A program made the translations under genes and the position numbers. A stretch of DNA of 64,000 nucleotides from NCBI RefSeq assembly GCF_003018255.1, contig NZ_CP027440.1, one strand, 5' to 3'. The notes below the pieces were generated by a model that saw only the letters and a program-made list of their open reading frames with translations, searched no databases and was not told the origin of the DNA. This DNA comes from Escherichia coli (lineage in GTDB: Bacteria > Pseudomonadota > Gammaproteobacteria > Enterobacterales > Enterobacteriaceae). Below, in pieces: positions 11,510 to 24,052 of the stretch (its first letter is position 1; each line of letters opens with the position of its first letter).

Positions 11510-12628
11510 ATGAATAACGAGGAAACATTTTACCAGGCCATGCGGCGTCAGGGCGTTACCCGACGCAGCTTTCTCAAATATTGCAGTCTGGCTGCCACGT
11601 CGCTGGGATTAGGCGCGGGGATGGCACCAAAGATTGCCTGGGCGCTGGAGAACAAACCGCGCATTCCGGTGGTATGGATCCACGGTCTGGAATGCACCTG
11701 CTGTACCGAATCTTTTATCCGCTCCGCTCACCCGCTGGCAAAGGACGTCATCCTTTCCCTGATTTCCCTCGATTACGACGATACTTTGATGGCTGCCGCC
11801 GGAACCCAGGCGGAAGAAGTCTTTGAAGACATCATCACGCAATACAATGGCAAATATATCCTCGCAGTAGAAGGTAATCCGCCGCTGGGCGAGCAGGGGA
11901 TGTTCTGTATCAGCAGCGGTCGACCGTTTATTGAGAAACTCAAACGTGCCGCTGCCGGAGCCAGTGCGATTATCGCCTGGGGAACCTGCGCGTCCTGGGG
12001 CTGCGTGCAGGCCGCGCGACCCAATCCGACGCAGGCAACGCCTATCGACAAAGTCATCACCGACAAACCTATTATCAAAGTACCTGGCTGCCCGCCGATC
12101 CCGGATGTGATGAGCGCCATCATTACTTACATGGTGACCTTTGATCGCTTGCCAGATGTCGACAGAATGGGCCGTCCGTTGATGTTCTATGGTCAGCGTA
12201 TCCACGATAAATGCTATCGCCGTGCTCACTTCGACGCCGGAGAGTTCGTCCAGAGTTGGGATGATGACGCTGCCCGCAAAGGTTACTGCCTGTACAAAAT
12301 GGGCTGCAAAGGGCCTACCACCTATAACGCCTGTTCCTCCACACGCTGGAACGATGGCGTTTCCTTCCCGATCCAGTCAGGTCACGGCTGCCTGGGTTGT
12401 GCGGAAAATGGTTTCTGGGATCGCGGTTCGTTCTACAGCCGCGTGGTCGATATTCCACAAATGGGTACCCATTCCACCGCCGACACCGTCGGTTTAACCG
12501 CGCTTGGCGTGGTGGCAGCGGCTGTTGGTGTGCACGCAGTCGCCAGCGCCGTTGACCAGCGCAGGCGTCATAACCAGCAACCTACAGAAACCGAACATCA
12601 GCCAGGCAATGAGGATAAACAGGCATGA
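11510..12628 (+). CDS. hyaA: Hydrogenase-1 small subunit
   Basis: [37 protein letters not shown]... Tat signal RRSFLK; 372 aa from ATG 11510. Confidence 0.95.
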   Translation: MNNEETFYQAMRRQGVTRRSFLKYCSLAATSLGLGAGMAPKIAWALENKPRIPVVWIHGLECTCCTESFIRSAHPLAKDVILSLISLDYDDTLMAAAGTQAEEVFEDIITQYNGKYILAVEGNPPLGEQGMFCISSGRPFIEKLKRAAAGASAIIAWGTCASWGCVQAARPNPTQATPIDKVITDKPIIKVPGCPPIPDVMSAIITYMVTFDRLPDVDRMGRPLMFYGQRIHDKCYRRAHFDAGEFVQSWDDDAARKGYCLYKMGCKGPTTYNACSSTRWNDGVSFPIQSGHGCLGCAENGFWDRGSFYSRVVDIPQMGTHSTADTVGLTALGVVAAAVGVHAVASAVDQRRRHNQQPTETEHQPGNEDKQA

Positions 12629-14418
12629 GCACTCAGTACGAAACTCAGGGATACACCATCAACAATGCCGGACGCCGCCTGGTGGTCGACCCGATTACGC
12701 GCATTGAAGGCCACATGCGCTGCGAAGTGAATATTAACGATCAGAATGTGATCACCAATGCCGTCTCCTGCGGCACCATGTTTCGCGGGCTGGAGATCAT
12801 CCTGCAAGGGCGCGACCCGCGCGATGCGTGGGCGTTCGTTGAACGTATCTGCGGCGTCTGTACTGGCGTACACGCTCTGGCTTCGGTTTACGCCATCGAA
12901 GATGCCATCGGTATTAAAGTGCCGGACAACGCCAATATCATCCGCAACATTATGCTGGCAACGCTCTGGTGCCACGATCATCTGGTGCACTTCTATCAGC
13001 TTGCCGGGATGGACTGGATCGATGTGTTAGATGCGCTGAAAGCCGACCCGCGGAAAACCTCCGAACTGGCGCAAAGCCTCTCCTCATGGCCGAAATCATC
13101 CCCTGGCTATTTCTTCGACGTACAAAACCGCCTGAAGAAATTCGTTGAAGGCGGGCAGTTGGGGATCTTCCGCAATGGCTACTGGGGGCACCCGCAGTAC
13201 AAACTGCCGCCAGAAGCCAACCTGATGGGCTTTGCCCACTATCTCGAAGCTCTCGATTTCCAGCGTGAAATTGTCAAAATCCACGCGGTCTTTGGTGGTA
13301 AAAACCCGCATCCAAACTGGATTGTCGGCGGGATGCCTTGCGCCATTAACATTGACGAAAGCGGCGCAGTCGGGGCGGTCAATATGGAACGCCTGAACCT
13401 GGTGCAGTCGATCATTACCCGTACGGCGGATTTCATTAACAACGTGATGATCCCCGACGCCTTAGCCATCGGCCAGTTCAACAAACCGTGGAGCGAAATC
13501 GGCACGGGTCTTTCTGATAAATGTGTCCTCAGCTACGGCGCATTCCCGGATATTGCCAACGACTTTAGTGAGAAAAGTCTGCTGATGCCTGGCGGCGCGG
13601 TGATTAACGGCGACTTCAACAATGTGCTGCCAGTGGATTTGGTTGATCCGCAGCAGGTGCAGGAGTTTGTCGATCACGCCTGGTATCGTTATCCCAACGA
13701 TCAGGTCGGGCGTCATCCGTTCGATGGCATCACCGACCCGTGGTACAACCCCGGCGATGTCAAAGGCAGCGATACCAACATTCAGCAGCTGAATGAACAG
13801 GAACGCTACTCGTGGATCAAAGCGCCACGCTGGCGCGGTAATGCGATGGAAGTGGGGCCGCTGGCACGCACGTTAATCGCTTATCACAAAGGCGATGCGG
13901 CGACCGTTGAGTCGGTCGATCGCATGATGTCGGCGTTGAACCTGCCGCTTTCCGGCATCCAGTCAACGTTAGGCCGCATTTTGTGTCGCGCGCACGAAGC
14001 GCAGTGGGCCGCAGGCAAGTTACAATATTTCTTCGACAAGCTGATGACCAATCTCAAAAACGGCAATCTCGCCACCGCCTCCACTGAGAAGTGGGAACCA
14101 GCAACCTGGCCGACAGAGTGCCGTGGTGTCGGCTTTACCGAAGCGCCGCGCGGAGCGTTAGGCCACTGGGCCGCCATTCGCGATGGCAAGATTGATCTCT
14201 ACCAGTGCGTGGTGCCGACCACCTGGAACGCCAGCCCGCGCGATCCTAAAGGGCAAATTGGCGCTTATGAAGCGGCGCTGATGAACACCAAAATGGCGAT
14301 CCCCGAGCAACCGCTGGAGATCCTGCGTACTCTGCACAGCTTTGACCCGTGCCTCGCCTGTTCAACACACGTGCTGGGCGACGACGGTAGCGAGCTGATC
14401 TCCGTGCAGGTGCGTTAA
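12625..14418 (+). CDS. hyaB: Hydrogenase-1 large subunit
   Basis: 597 aa, [NiFe] ligand motifs RICGVC near N-terminus and DPCLAC near C-terminus; start overlaps hyaA stop. Confidence 0.95.
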   Translation: MSTQYETQGYTINNAGRRLVVDPITRIEGHMRCEVNINDQNVITNAVSCGTMFRGLEIILQGRDPRDAWAFVERICGVCTGVHALASVYAIEDAIGIKVPDNANIIRNIMLATLWCHDHLVHFYQLAGMDWIDVLDALKADPRKTSELAQSLSSWPKSSPGYFFDVQNRLKKFVEGGQLGIFRNGYWGHPQYKLPPEANLMGFAHYLEALDFQREIVKIHAVFGGKNPHPNWIVGGMPCAINIDESGAVGAVNMERLNLVQSIITRTADFINNVMIPDALAIGQFNKPWSEIGTGLSDKCVLSYGAFPDIANDFSEKSLLMPGGAVINGDFNNVLPVDLVDPQQVQEFVDHAWYRYPNDQVGRHPFDGITDPWYNPGDVKGSDTNIQQLNEQERYSWIKAPRWRGNAMEVGPLARTLIAYHKGDAATVESVDRMMSALNLPLSGIQSTLGRILCRAHEAQWAAGKLQYFFDKLMTNLKNGNLATASTEKWEPATWPTECRGVGFTEAPRGALGHWAAIRDGKIDLYQCVVPTTWNASPRDPKGQIGAYEAALMNTKMAIPEQPLEILRTLHSFDPCLACSTHVLGDDGSELISVQVR

Positions 14419-14436
14419 CAGCGAAGGAGAATCATC

Positions 14437-15144
14437 ATGCAACAGAAAAGCGACAACGTTGTCAGTCACTATGTCTTTGAAGCACCCGTGCGGATATGGC
14501 ACTGGCTGACGGTGTTATGCATGGCGGTGTTGATGGTCACCGGTTACTTCATCGGCAAACCGCTGCCTTCGGTCAGCGGTGAGGCGACGTATCTGTTTTA
14601 CATGGGCTATATCAGGTTGATTCACTTCAGCGCCGGGATGATTTTTACCGTGGTCTTGCTGATGCGGATCTACTGGGCTTTTGTCGGCAATCGCTACTCA
14701 CGCGAGCTTTTCATCGTGCCAGTATGGCGCAAAAGCTGGTGGCAGGGCGTGTGGTATGAAATCCGCTGGTACCTGTTTCTGGCAAAACGTCCGAGTGCCG
14801 ATATAGGTCATAACCCCATCGCCCAGGCGGCGATGTTCGGCTATTTCCTGATGTCGGTATTTATGATCATCACCGGCTTTGCGCTCTACAGCGAACACAG
14901 CCAGTACGCTATTTTTGCGCCGTTTCGTTATGTGGTGGAATTTTTCTACTGGACGGGGGGCAACTCAATGGACATTCACAGCTGGCATCGGCTGGGGATG
15001 TGGCTGATTGGCGCGTTTGTGATCGGCCATGTCTACATGGCGCTGCGTGAAGACATTATGTCCGACGACACGGTGATCTCCACTATGGTCAACGGCTACC
15101 GTAGCCACAAATTTGGCAAAATAAGTAACAAGGAGCGTTCATGA
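14437..15144 (+). CDS. hyaC: Hydrogenase-1 cytochrome b subunit
   Basis: 235-aa membrane ORF following hyaB. Confidence 0.9.
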   Translation: MQQKSDNVVSHYVFEAPVRIWHWLTVLCMAVLMVTGYFIGKPLPSVSGEATYLFYMGYIRLIHFSAGMIFTVVLLMRIYWAFVGNRYSRELFIVPVWRKSWWQGVWYEIRWYLFLAKRPSADIGHNPIAQAAMFGYFLMSVFMIITGFALYSEHSQYAIFAPFRYVVEFFYWTGGNSMDIHSWHRLGMWLIGAFVIGHVYMALREDIMSDDTVISTMVNGYRSHKFGKISNKERS

Positions 15145-15728
15145 GCGAGCAACGCGTGGTGGTAATGGGGCTGGGCAACCTGCTGTGGGCCGATGAAGGC
15201 TTCGGCGTGCGGGTGGCGGAACGGCTGTATGCCCATTACCACTGGCCCGAGGATGTGGAGATTGTCGATGGCGGTACTCAGGGACTGAACTTGCTGGGGT
15301 ATGTCGAAAGCGCCAGTCACTTGTTGATCCTCGATGCCATTGATTACGGGCTGGAACCCGGAACGCTGCGAACATATGCCGGAGAACGCATTCCGGCTTA
15401 TCTCAGCGCGAAGAAAATGAGTCTGCACCAGAACAGCTTCTCCGAAGTGCTGGCGCTGGCAGATATCCGCGGACATCTGCCAGCACATATTGCCCTCGTC
15501 GGTCTGCAACCCGCAATGCTCGACGACTACGGCGGTAGCCTGAGCGAACTGGCGCGGGAGCAACTGCCCGCTGCGGAACAGGCGGCGCTGGCGCAGCTGG
15601 CTGTGTGGGGAATTGTGCCGCAACCGGCTAATGAATCGCGCTGTCTCAATTATGACTGTCTGTCGATGGAAAATTACGAAGGCGTTCGCTTGCGCCAGTA
15701 CCGGATGACGCTGGAGGAGCAGGGATGA
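15141..15728 (+). CDS. hyaD: Hydrogenase-1 maturation protease
   Basis: 195-aa [28 protein letters not shown]..., endopeptidase motif. Confidence 0.9.
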   Translation: MSEQRVVVMGLGNLLWADEGFGVRVAERLYAHYHWPEDVEIVDGGTQGLNLLGYVESASHLLILDAIDYGLEPGTLRTYAGERIPAYLSAKKMSLHQNSFSEVLALADIRGHLPAHIALVGLQPAMLDDYGGSLSELAREQLPAAEQAALAQLAVWGIVPQPANESRCLNYDCLSMENYEGVRLRQYRMTLEEQG

Positions 15729-16123
15729 GCAACGACACGCCATTTGATGCGTTGTGGCAACGAATGCTGGCGCGCGGCTGGACGCCGGTCAGTGAATCCC
15801 GCCTTGAGGACTGGCTCACGCAAGCGCCAGACGGCGTGGTGTTATTAAGCAGTGACCCGAAACGCACGCCAGAGGTCAGCGATAATCCGGTAATGATTGG
15901 CGAATTATTGCGCGAGTTTCCAGACTTTACATGGCAGGTAGCGATTGCTGACCTTGAGCAGAGCGAAGCCATCGGCGATCGCTTTGGCGTCTTTCGCTTT
16001 CCCGCCACATTAGTATTTACCGGCGGAAACTATCGCGGCGTGCTGAATGGTATTCACCCGTGGGCGGAACTGATAAACCTGATGCGCGGGCTTGTCGAAC
16101 CGCAGCAGGAGCGTGCCTCATGA
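15725..16123 (+). CDS. hyaE: Hydrogenase-1 operon protein HyaE
   Basis: 132-aa ORF, translationally coupled to hyaD and hyaF. Confidence 0.85.
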   Translation: MSNDTPFDALWQRMLARGWTPVSESRLEDWLTQAPDGVVLLSSDPKRTPEVSDNPVMIGELLREFPDFTWQVAIADLEQSEAIGDRFGVFRFPATLVFTGGNYRGVLNGIHPWAELINLMRGLVEPQQERAS

Positions 16124-16977
16124 GCGAAACTTTTTTCCATCTGCTGGGGCCAGGAACGCAACCGAACGATGACAGTTTCAGCATGAATCCACTGCCGATC
16201 ACCTGTCAGGTGAATGATGAACCGAGTATGGCGGCCCTGGAGCAATGTGCTCACAGCCCGCAGGTGATTGCGCTATTAAACGAGTTACAACATCAACTAA
16301 GCGAGCGCCAGCCGCCGCTGGGCGAGGTGCTGGCAGTCGATCTGTTAAATCTCAACGCCGACGATCGTCACTTTATCAATACGCTTCTCGGGGAAGGGGA
16401 AGTGTCAGTGCGCATTCAGCAGGCTGACGACAGTGAAAGTGAAATACAGGAGGCGATCTTCTGCGGATTATGGCGGGTGCGCAGACGTCGTGGCGAACAG
16501 TTGCTGGAAGACAAACTGGAGGCTGGCTGCGCACCGCTGGCGTTGTGGCAGGCGGCAACGCAAAACGTCTTGCCAACAGACTCGTTGCTACCGCCGCCCA
16601 TCGATGGCCTGATGAATGGCCTACCGTTGGCCCATGAATTACTGGCACATGTACGTAACCCCGACGCGCAGCCGCACAGCATTAATCTGACGCAATTGCC
16701 CATCAGCGAAGCTGACCGGCTTTTTCTCTCACGTCTCTGTGGGCCGGGAAATATTCAGATTCGTACCATTGGCTATGGCGAGAGCTATATCAACGCCACG
16801 GGGTTACGCCATGTCTGGCATTTACGCTGTACGGACACCTTAAAAGGCCCGTTAATGGAAAGTTATGAAATCTGCCCAATACCGGAAGTGGTGCTGGCAG
16901 CGCCAGAAGATTTGGTCGACTCTGCGCAGCGGCTTAGCGAGGTATGTCAGTGGCTGGCGGAAGGTGCACCGACGTAA
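16120..16977 (+). CDS. hyaF: Hydrogenase-1 operon protein HyaF
   Basis: ATG 16120 overlaps hyaE stop; [20 protein letters not shown]..., 285 aa. Confidence 0.85.
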   Translation: MSETFFHLLGPGTQPNDDSFSMNPLPITCQVNDEPSMAALEQCAHSPQVIALLNELQHQLSERQPPLGEVLAVDLLNLNADDRHFINTLLGEGEVSVRIQQADDSESEIQEAIFCGLWRVRRRRGEQLLEDKLEAGCAPLALWQAATQNVLPTDSLLPPPIDGLMNGLPLAHELLAHVRNPDAQPHSINLTQLPISEADRLFLSRLCGPGNIQIRTIGYGESYINATGLRHVWHLRCTDTLKGPLMESYEICPIPEVVLAAPEDLVDSAQRLSEVCQWLAEGAPT

Positions 16978-17110
16978 AAAGACGGTAAGTATCGCTTTCA
17001 GTCTTATGAATATCGCAATCGGCGAATACCTCTGGTCGTAGAGTTTCAGGATAAAGAGGGAGATCTACCATTATCGGGTTATTTTTCTCTCTTCGCCTAC
17101 AGGAGTGCGC

Positions 17111-18655
17111 ATGTGGGATGTCATTGATTTATCGCGCTGGCAGTTTGCACTGACCGCGCTGTATCACTTTTTATTTGTACCCCTTACCCTGGGGCTGATT
17201 TTTTTGCTGGCTATCATGGAAACCATTTACGTGGTCACCGGCAAAACAATCTACCGCGATATGACGCGCTTCTGGGGTAAGCTCTTCGGTATCAACTTTG
17301 CTCTTGGCGTGGCTACCGGCCTGACCATGGAGTTTCAGTTTGGTACTAACTGGTCATTCTATTCCAACTATGTGGGCGATATTTTTGGCGCACCGCTGGC
17401 GATGGAAGCATTAATGGCCTTCTTCCTCGAATCCACCTTTGTCGGGCTGTTCTTCTTCGGCTGGCAGCGGCTGAATAAATACCAGCACCTGCTGGTGACG
17501 TGGCTGGTGGCGTTCGGTTCAAATCTCTCTGCATTGTGGATATTGAATGCCAACGGTTGGATGCAATACCCGACCGGTGCGCATTTTGATATCGACACCC
17601 TGCGTATGGAGATGACCAGTTTCAGCGAGTTGGTCTTTAACCCGGTCAGCCAGGTGAAATTTGTGCACACCGTAATGGCGGGCTACGTGACCGGGGCCAT
17701 GTTTATTATGGCGATCAGCGCCTGGTATTTACTGCGCGGACGGGAGCGCGATGTTGCATTACGCTCGTTTGCCATCGGTTCCGTCTTCGGTACTCTGGCG
17801 ATTATCGGCACGCTGCAACTCGGAGACAGTTCTGCGTATGAAGTCGCGCAAGTACAACCGGTAAAACTGGCGGCGATGGAAGGGGAGTGGCAAACGGAAC
17901 CTGCACCTGCACCGTTCCATGTGGTTGCCTGGCCGGAACAGGATCAAGAGCGTAACGCCTTTGCTATCAAAATTCCCGCGCTGCTAGGGATCCTCGCCAC
18001 TCACTCATTAGATAAACCCGTGCCGGGTCTGAAGAATTTGATGGCTGAAACCTACCCACGCTTGCAACGCGGACGTATGGCCTGGCTGTTAATGCAGGAA
18101 ATATCGCAAGGCAATCGAGAGCCGCATGTGTTGCAGGCATTCCGGGAGCTGGAAGGCGACCTGGGCTACGGCATGTTGCTCTCCCGCTATGCGCCGGATA
18201 TGAATCATGTCACAGCCGCACAGTACCAGGCGGCGATGCGTGGCGCGATACCTCAGGTTGCGCCGGTATTCTGGAGTTTCCGCATCATGGTGGGCTGTGG
18301 TTCCCTGCTGCTACTGGTGATGCTGATTGCGCTTGTCCAGACGCTGCGTGGCAAAATCGACCAGCATCGCTGGGTGCTGAAAATGGCGCTCTGGAGTTTG
18401 CCGCTGCCGTGGATTGCGATTGAAGCCGGGTGGTTTATGACCGAGTTTGGTCGTCAGCCGTGGGCGATACAGGACATCTTACCGACATACTCCGCGCACT
18501 CCGCCTTAACCACAGGACAACTGGCTTTCTCACTGATCATGATCGTAGGGCTTTACACCCTGTTCTTAATCGCCGAAGTCTACCTGATGCAGAAATATGC
18601 CCGTCTGGGGCCGAGCGCGATGCAGAGTGAACAACCGACGCAGCAACAGGGGTAA
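17111..18655 (+). CDS. appC: Cytochrome bd-II oxidase subunit I
   Basis: [28 protein letters not shown]..., 514 aa. Confidence 0.9.
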
Positions 18656-18666
18656 AGGAGAAAATC

Positions 18667-19803
18667 ATGTTTGATTATGAAACATTGCGCTTCATCTGGT
18701 GGCTGCTGATTGGCGTGATCCTGGTGGTCTTTATGATATCCGACGGATTTGACATGGGGATCGGCTGTCTGCTGCCGCTGGTGGCGCGTAATGATGATGA
18801 ACGTCGGATAGTGATAAACAGCGTTGGCGCGCACTGGGAAGGCAATCAGGTCTGGTTAATCCTCGCAGGTGGCGCATTATTTGCCGCCTGGCCCAGAGTG
18901 TATGCAGCGGCGTTTTCCGGCTTTTATGTGGCGATGATTCTGGTGCTGTGCTCGCTGTTCTTCCGCCCGCTGGCCTTTGATTATCGCGGAAAAATCGCCG
19001 ATGCACGCTGGCGTAAAATGTGGGATGCCGGACTGGTCATCGGCAGTCTGGTGCCGCCGGTAGTCTTCGGTATCGCCTTCGGCAACTTGCTGCTCGGCGT
19101 GCCGTTTGCCTTCACACCGCAATTACGCGTGGAATATCTCGGCAGTTTTTGGCAACTGCTGACGCCATTCCCTTTATTGTGCGGATTGCTCAGCCTTGGG
19201 ATGGTGATTTTGCAAGGTGGCGTCTGGTTACAACTGAAAACTGTTGGTGTGATTCATCTGCGTTCACAGCTGGCGACTAAACGCGCTGCACTACTGGTGA
19301 TGCTGTGCTTTTTGCTGGCGGGTTACTGGCTGTGGGTCGGTATTGATGGCTTTGTACTGCTCGCCCAGGATGCTAACGGTCCTTCCAATCCGTTAATGAA
19401 ACTGGTGGCAGTGCTACCTGGTGCCTGGATGAATAATTTCGTCGAATCGCCCGTTTTGTGGATCTTCCCGCTGCTGGGGTTCTTCTGCCCATTGCTGACG
19501 GTGATGGCGATTTATCGTGGTCGCCCGGGTTGGGGATTTTTGATGGCGTCATTGATGCAATTTGGCGTGATTTTCACGGCAGGCATCACGCTGTTCCCCT
19601 TTGTCATGCCGTCAAGCGTGAGTCCGATCTCCAGCCTGACGTTGTGGGACAGCACTTCCAGTCAGCTGACGCTGAGCATTATGTTGGTAATCGTGCTGAT
19701 ATTTTTGCCCATTGTGTTGCTCTACACTCTCTGGAGCTACTACAAAATGTGGGGGCGCATGACGACAGAAACTCTCCGCCGTAACGAAAACGAGCTGTAC
19801 TAA
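18667..19803 (+). CDS. appB: Cytochrome bd-II oxidase subunit II
   Basis: 378-aa membrane [23 protein letters not shown]... Confidence 0.9.
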
Positions 19804-19815
19804 GGAGCAGGAACA

Positions 19816-19908
19816 ATGTGGTATTTACTTTGGTTCGTCGGCATTTTGTTGATGTGTTCGCTCTCCACCCTTGTGTTGGTATGGCTGGACCCGCGTCTGA
19901 AAAGTTAA
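19816..19908 (+). CDS. appX: Small cytochrome bd-II accessory protein (30 aa)
   Basis: ATG 19816 after GGAGCAGGAAC; MWYLLWFVGILLMCSLSTLVLVWLDPRLKS; below ORF-track size cut-off. Confidence 0.7.
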   Translation: MWYLLWFVGILLMCSLSTLVLVWLDPRLKS

Positions 19909-19987
19909 CGAACGTAAGCCTGATGTGGCGCATTAGCATCTCATCAGGCAATCAATAATGTCAGATATGAAAAGCGGAAACATATCG

Positions 19988-21286
19988 ATGAAAGCGATCT
20001 TAATCCCATTTTTATCTCTTCTGATTCCGTTAACCCCGCAATCTGCATTCGCTCAGAGTGAGCCGGAGCTGAAGCTGGAAAGTGTGGTGATTGTCAGTCG
20101 TCATGGTGTGCGTGCACCAACCAAGGCCACGCAACTGATGCAGGATGTCACCCCAGACGCATGGCCAACCTGGCCGGTAAAACTGGGTTGGCTGACACCG
20201 CGCGGTGGTGAGCTGATCGCCTATCTCGGACATTACCAACGCCAGCGTCTGGTGGCTGACGGATTGCTGGCGAAAAAGGGCTGCCCGCAGCTTGGTCAGG
20301 TCGCGATTATTGCTGATGTCGACGAGCGTACCCGTAAAACAGGCGAAGCCTTCGCCGCCGGGCTGGCACCTGACTGTGCAATAACCGTACATACCCAGGC
20401 AGATACCTCCAGTCCCGATCCGTTATTTAATCCCCTAAAAACTGGCGTTTGCCAACTGGATAATGCGAACGTGACTGACGCGATCCTCAGCAGGGCAGGA
20501 GGGTCAATTGCTGACTTTACCGGGCATCGGCAAACGGCGTTTCGCGAACTGGAACGAGTGCTTAATTTTCCGCAATCAAACTTGTGCCTTAACCGTGAGA
20601 AACAGGACGAAAGCTGTTCATTAACGCAGGCATTACCATCGGAACTCAAGGTGAGCGCCGACAATGTCTCATTAACCGGTGCGGTAAGCCTCGCATCAAT
20701 GCTGACGGAGATATTTCTCCTGCAACAGGCACAAGGAATGCCGGAGCCGGGGTGGGGAAGGATCACTGATTCACACCAGTGGAACACCTTGCTAAGTTTG
20801 CATAACGCGCAATTTTATTTACTACAACGCACGCCAGAGGTTGCCCGCAGTCGCGCCACCCCGTTATTGGATTTGATCATGGCAGCGTTGACGCCCCATC
20901 CACCGCAAAAACAGGCGTATGGTGTGACATTACCCACTTCAGTGCTGTTTATTGCCGGACACGATACTAATCTGGCAAATCTCGGCGGCGCACTGGAGCT
21001 CAACTGGACGCTTCCAGGTCAGCCGGATAACACACCGCCAGGGGGTGAACTGGTGTTTGAACGCTGGCGTCGGCTAAGCGATAACAGCCAGTGGATTCAG
21101 GTTTCGCTGGTCTTCCAGACTTTACAGCAGATGCGTGATAAAACGCCGCTGTCATTAAATACGCCGCCCGGAGAGGTGAAACTGACCCTGGCAGGATGTG
21201 AAGAGCGAAATGCGCAGGGCATGTGTTCGTTGGCAGGTTTTACGCAAATCGTGAATGAAGCACGCATACCGGCGTGCAGTTTGTAA
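19988..21286 (+). CDS. appA: Periplasmic acid phosphatase / phytase
   Basis: MKAILIPFLSLLIPLTPQSAFA signal peptide then RHGVRAP histidine acid phosphatase motif; 432 aa from ATG 19988. Confidence 0.9.
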   Translation: MKAILIPFLSLLIPLTPQSAFAQSEPELKLESVVIVSRHGVRAPTKATQLMQDVTPDAWPTWPVKLGWLTPRGGELIAYLGHYQRQRLVADGLLAKKGCPQLGQVAIIADVDERTRKTGEAFAAGLAPDCAITVHTQADTSSPDPLFNPLKTGVCQLDNANVTDAILSRAGGSIADFTGHRQTAFRELERVLNFPQSNLCLNREKQDESCSLTQALPSELKVSADNVSLTGAVSLASMLTEIFLLQQAQGMPEPGWGRITDSHQWNTLLSLHNAQFYLLQRTPEVARSRATPLLDLIMAALTPHPPQKQAYGVTLPTSVLFIAGHDTNLANLGGALELNWTLPGQPDNTPPGGELVFERWRRLSDNSQWIQVSLVFQTLQQMRDKTPLSLNTPPGEVKLTLAGCEERNAQGMCSLAGFTQIVNEARIPACSL

Positions 21287-21289
21287 TGC

Positions 21290-21322
21290 ATAAAAAAGAG
21301 CATTCAGTTATCTGAATGCTCT
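21290..21322 (-). terminator. Rho-independent terminator downstream of etk (overlaps appA 3' end)
   Basis: aagagcattcag-ttatc-tgaatgctct hairpin with T6 on the minus strand. Confidence 0.55.
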
Positions 21323-21405
21323 GAGGCTGATGACAAACGAAGAACTGTCTAATGCGTAGACCGGAAAAGGCGTTCACGCCCCATCCGGCCACCTTACCTT
21401 CAGTT

Positions 21406-23586
21406 TTACTCTTTCTCGGAGTAACTATAACCGTAATAGTTATAGCCGTAACTGTAAGCGGTGCTGGCGCGTTTAATCACACCATTGAGGATTGCGCCTT
21501 TAATATTAACGCCAGCCTGTTCCAGACGCTGCATTGACAAGCTCACCTCTTTGGCGGTGTTCAAGCCAAAACGCGCAACCAGCAGGCTGGTGCCGACAGA
21601 GCGTCCCACGACCGCAGCATCGCTCACCGCCAGCATCGGCGGCGTATCGACAATCACCAGATCGTAATGGTCGTTCGCCCATTCCAGTAATTGACGCATC
21701 CGATCGCGCATCAGCAGTTCAGACGGGTTAGGTGGCACCTGACCGCGAGTAATCACATCAAAGCCTCCTTTGCTAAAATGCTGGATCACTTTGTTGAGCT
21801 CATCTTTACCTGCCAGATATTCCGACAAGCCATGTTCATTACTCACGGTAAACAGGTTATGCGAATAACCACGGCGTAAGTCGGCATCAATAAATAACAC
21901 TTTTTGATCGGACTGGGCGATCACCGCTGCCAGAGTTGAACTGACAAACGTTTTACCACTGTCTGGCGTCGCACCGGTGATCATCAGAATATTATTCTCA
22001 GTCTCCATCATAGCGAAATGCAGACTGGTTCGTAGCGCACGTACGGCCTCCACAGCAGAATCCGCCGGGTTATCCACCGCCAGGAAGGGGATATTTTTAG
22101 TACGATGGCGCTGCTGATTAGAAAATAAATTTTTCTTACGCAGACGGGTACGTTTATCCAGCCACTCGGACATTGGGATAGTGGCATAAACGCTGATGCC
22201 GTGCTCTTCCAGTTGTTCCGGGGCTTCTACACCACGACGCAACATCGCACGCGCCAGCACGGCACCCACCGAAATAAACAGGCCAAGAATAAAACCAAGC
22301 ACCACATTCAACGCTTTTTTCGGTTTCACTGGCTGCGGCTGAGTGACTGCCGGGTCGATAATCCGCACGTTACCAATCGCACTGGATTTCGAAATACTCA
22401 ACTCCTGCTGGCGGTTAAGTAATTGCAGATATACCGCACGGCCCGCTTCTACGTCACGGCTTAAACGCAATACTTCCTGTTGAGTGGAAGGCATTGCCGA
22501 TACCCGCTTATTCAGGCGTTTGCGTTCTTGCTCCAGCGTCTGGCGTTTTTCCAGTAGCGCACGATAAGTTGGGTGATCTTTCTTGTACAGCTGGGAGATC
22601 TCTGCCTCGCGGAAGGTCAGCTCATTGAGTTGATTATCAACGTTAACAATCTGCTCAAGAACGGCTTTGGCTTCCAGGTTAAGGTCAACCGAATCGCGCT
22701 GTTGGCGATAAACGTTGAGTTTTTCTTCCGCCTGGTCCAGCTCGCTGCGTACTTCAGGCAACTGGCGCTGTAAGAACTCAAGGCTTTGTGAATCCTGCGC
22801 CGCCTGGCGAGCGATATTCTGTTGCAAATAGTTGTTAGCGATGCTGTTCAGAATACGGGTAATCAACTGGGGATCATCACCGGTCATGGTAAGTTCCAGC
22901 ATCCCGCTTTCTTTACTGCGTTCGCTAACGGTAAAGGTTTCCTGCAGGGCGTTAATCGCTTCCAGTTCGGTGCGCTGGCTCAGGACAAACTGTGTTCCTG
23001 CTTTGGCCTTAATGTCCGCGATAGTCAGCGCAACGCCGTCTTTTTCCAGACGCTGGCCGACCATACCATTGACGGTGAACCCTTCACCTTCCAGCGTATA
23101 GTGGCCGTTTTCCCCAACTGTGAGTGTCAGTTGCTGATCCTGACCATTCAGTTGTGGGATGTGCATCCAGCTGATCGCCAGCTCACCTGGTTTCTCTTTG
23201 GTTAATCTCGCCCAGCCGCGACCCACAATAGGAAAATACTTCTGCTCAACCATGTCGCGCAGATTCAGTTCAGCAATGGTTTTACCGAGAATCATGCGCG
23301 ATTGCAGCAGTTGGATCTCCGGTGCTGACTCGGGCGATGAGTTAGGGATCATATCGCTCAGGCCGCTGAGAATGGCGTTGCCCTGTTTCTGCTCAACCTG
23401 GACCAGAGTATCTGCCTGATAAATTGGCGTGCTTAACAGCGAGTAAGCGACAGCGATCAGCGTGAACAACGCGGTCACGCTGACAATAAACTTACGGTGA
23501 TCCCATAACTCGCCGACCAGACGAAGCAGATCGATCTCATTTTCCTGAGTGCTGCCTGGTGGCGTATTCATATTTTTAGTTGTCAT
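21406..23586 (-). CDS. etk: Tyrosine autokinase Etk (Wzc family)
   Basis: 726 aa; MTTKNMNTPPGSTQENEIDLLRLV...; Walker A GATPDSGKTFVSS; Tyr-rich C-terminal tail. Confidence 0.9.
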   Translation of the reverse strand: MTTKNMNTPPGSTQENEIDLLRLVGELWDHRKFIVSVTALFTLIAVAYSLLSTPIYQADTLVQVEQKQGNAILSGLSDMIPNSSPESAPEIQLLQSRMILGKTIAELNLRDMVEQKYFPIVGRGWARLTKEKPGELAISWMHIPQLNGQDQQLTLTVGENGHYTLEGEGFTVNGMVGQRLEKDGVALTIADIKAKAGTQFVLSQRTELEAINALQETFTVSERSKESGMLELTMTGDDPQLITRILNSIANNYLQQNIARQAAQDSQSLEFLQRQLPEVRSELDQAEEKLNVYRQQRDSVDLNLEAKAVLEQIVNVDNQLNELTFREAEISQLYKKDHPTYRALLEKRQTLEQERKRLNKRVSAMPSTQQEVLRLSRDVEAGRAVYLQLLNRQQELSISKSSAIGNVRIIDPAVTQPQPVKPKKALNVVLGFILGLFISVGAVLARAMLRRGVEAPEQLEEHGISVYATIPMSEWLDKRTRLRKKNLFSNQQRHRTKNIPFLAVDNPADSAVEAVRALRTSLHFAMMETENNILMITGATPDSGKTFVSSTLAAVIAQSDQKVLFIDADLRRGYSHNLFTVSNEHGLSEYLAGKDELNKVIQHFSKGGFDVITRGQVPPNPSELLMRDRMRQLLEWANDHYDLVIVDTPPMLAVSDAAVVGRSVGTSLLVARFGLNTAKEVSLSMQRLEQAGVNIKGAILNGVIKRASTAYSYGYNYYGYSYSEKE

Positions 23587-23605
23587 CGTATTTTATAAAC
23601 TCAAA

Positions 23606-24052
23606 TTACCGGCTGAGGCGCTTCGCCCATTCCTGACTGGCGCGCTCCAACATACCGTAGACATGTTCAAATGCGTCCTGACTTTTACGATAGGGATCCG
23701 GGATCTCTTTCTGTTCCAGCCATTGCCCAAACAGCATTGTCTTCCCGCGGACCTCGGGAGCGATTGCGGTAACCTGAGCAATATGTTCCGACTCCATTGC
23801 CAGAATCAGATCGTAATTTCGTGCCATCTCAGCAGTGAGCTTACGTCCGGCATGTCCTTCAAGAGATACGCCATGATTTGCGGCAACATCTGCTGCTGTC
23901 GCATCTGCAGGGTGTTTTACCAGACCATGAACACCTGCCGATTTGACTTTTACGCCTGGCAGACGTTTACGCAGCAAGCGCTCGCCAATGGGCGAACGGC
24001 AAATGTTGCCGGTACAAACCACCAGGATTGAGTTAAATTTTAGTTGGGCCAT
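23606..24052 (-). CDS. etp: Low-molecular-weight protein-tyrosine phosphatase Etp
   Basis: [27 protein letters not shown]... CX5R active site; 148 aa from ATG comp(24050..24052). Confidence 0.9.
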
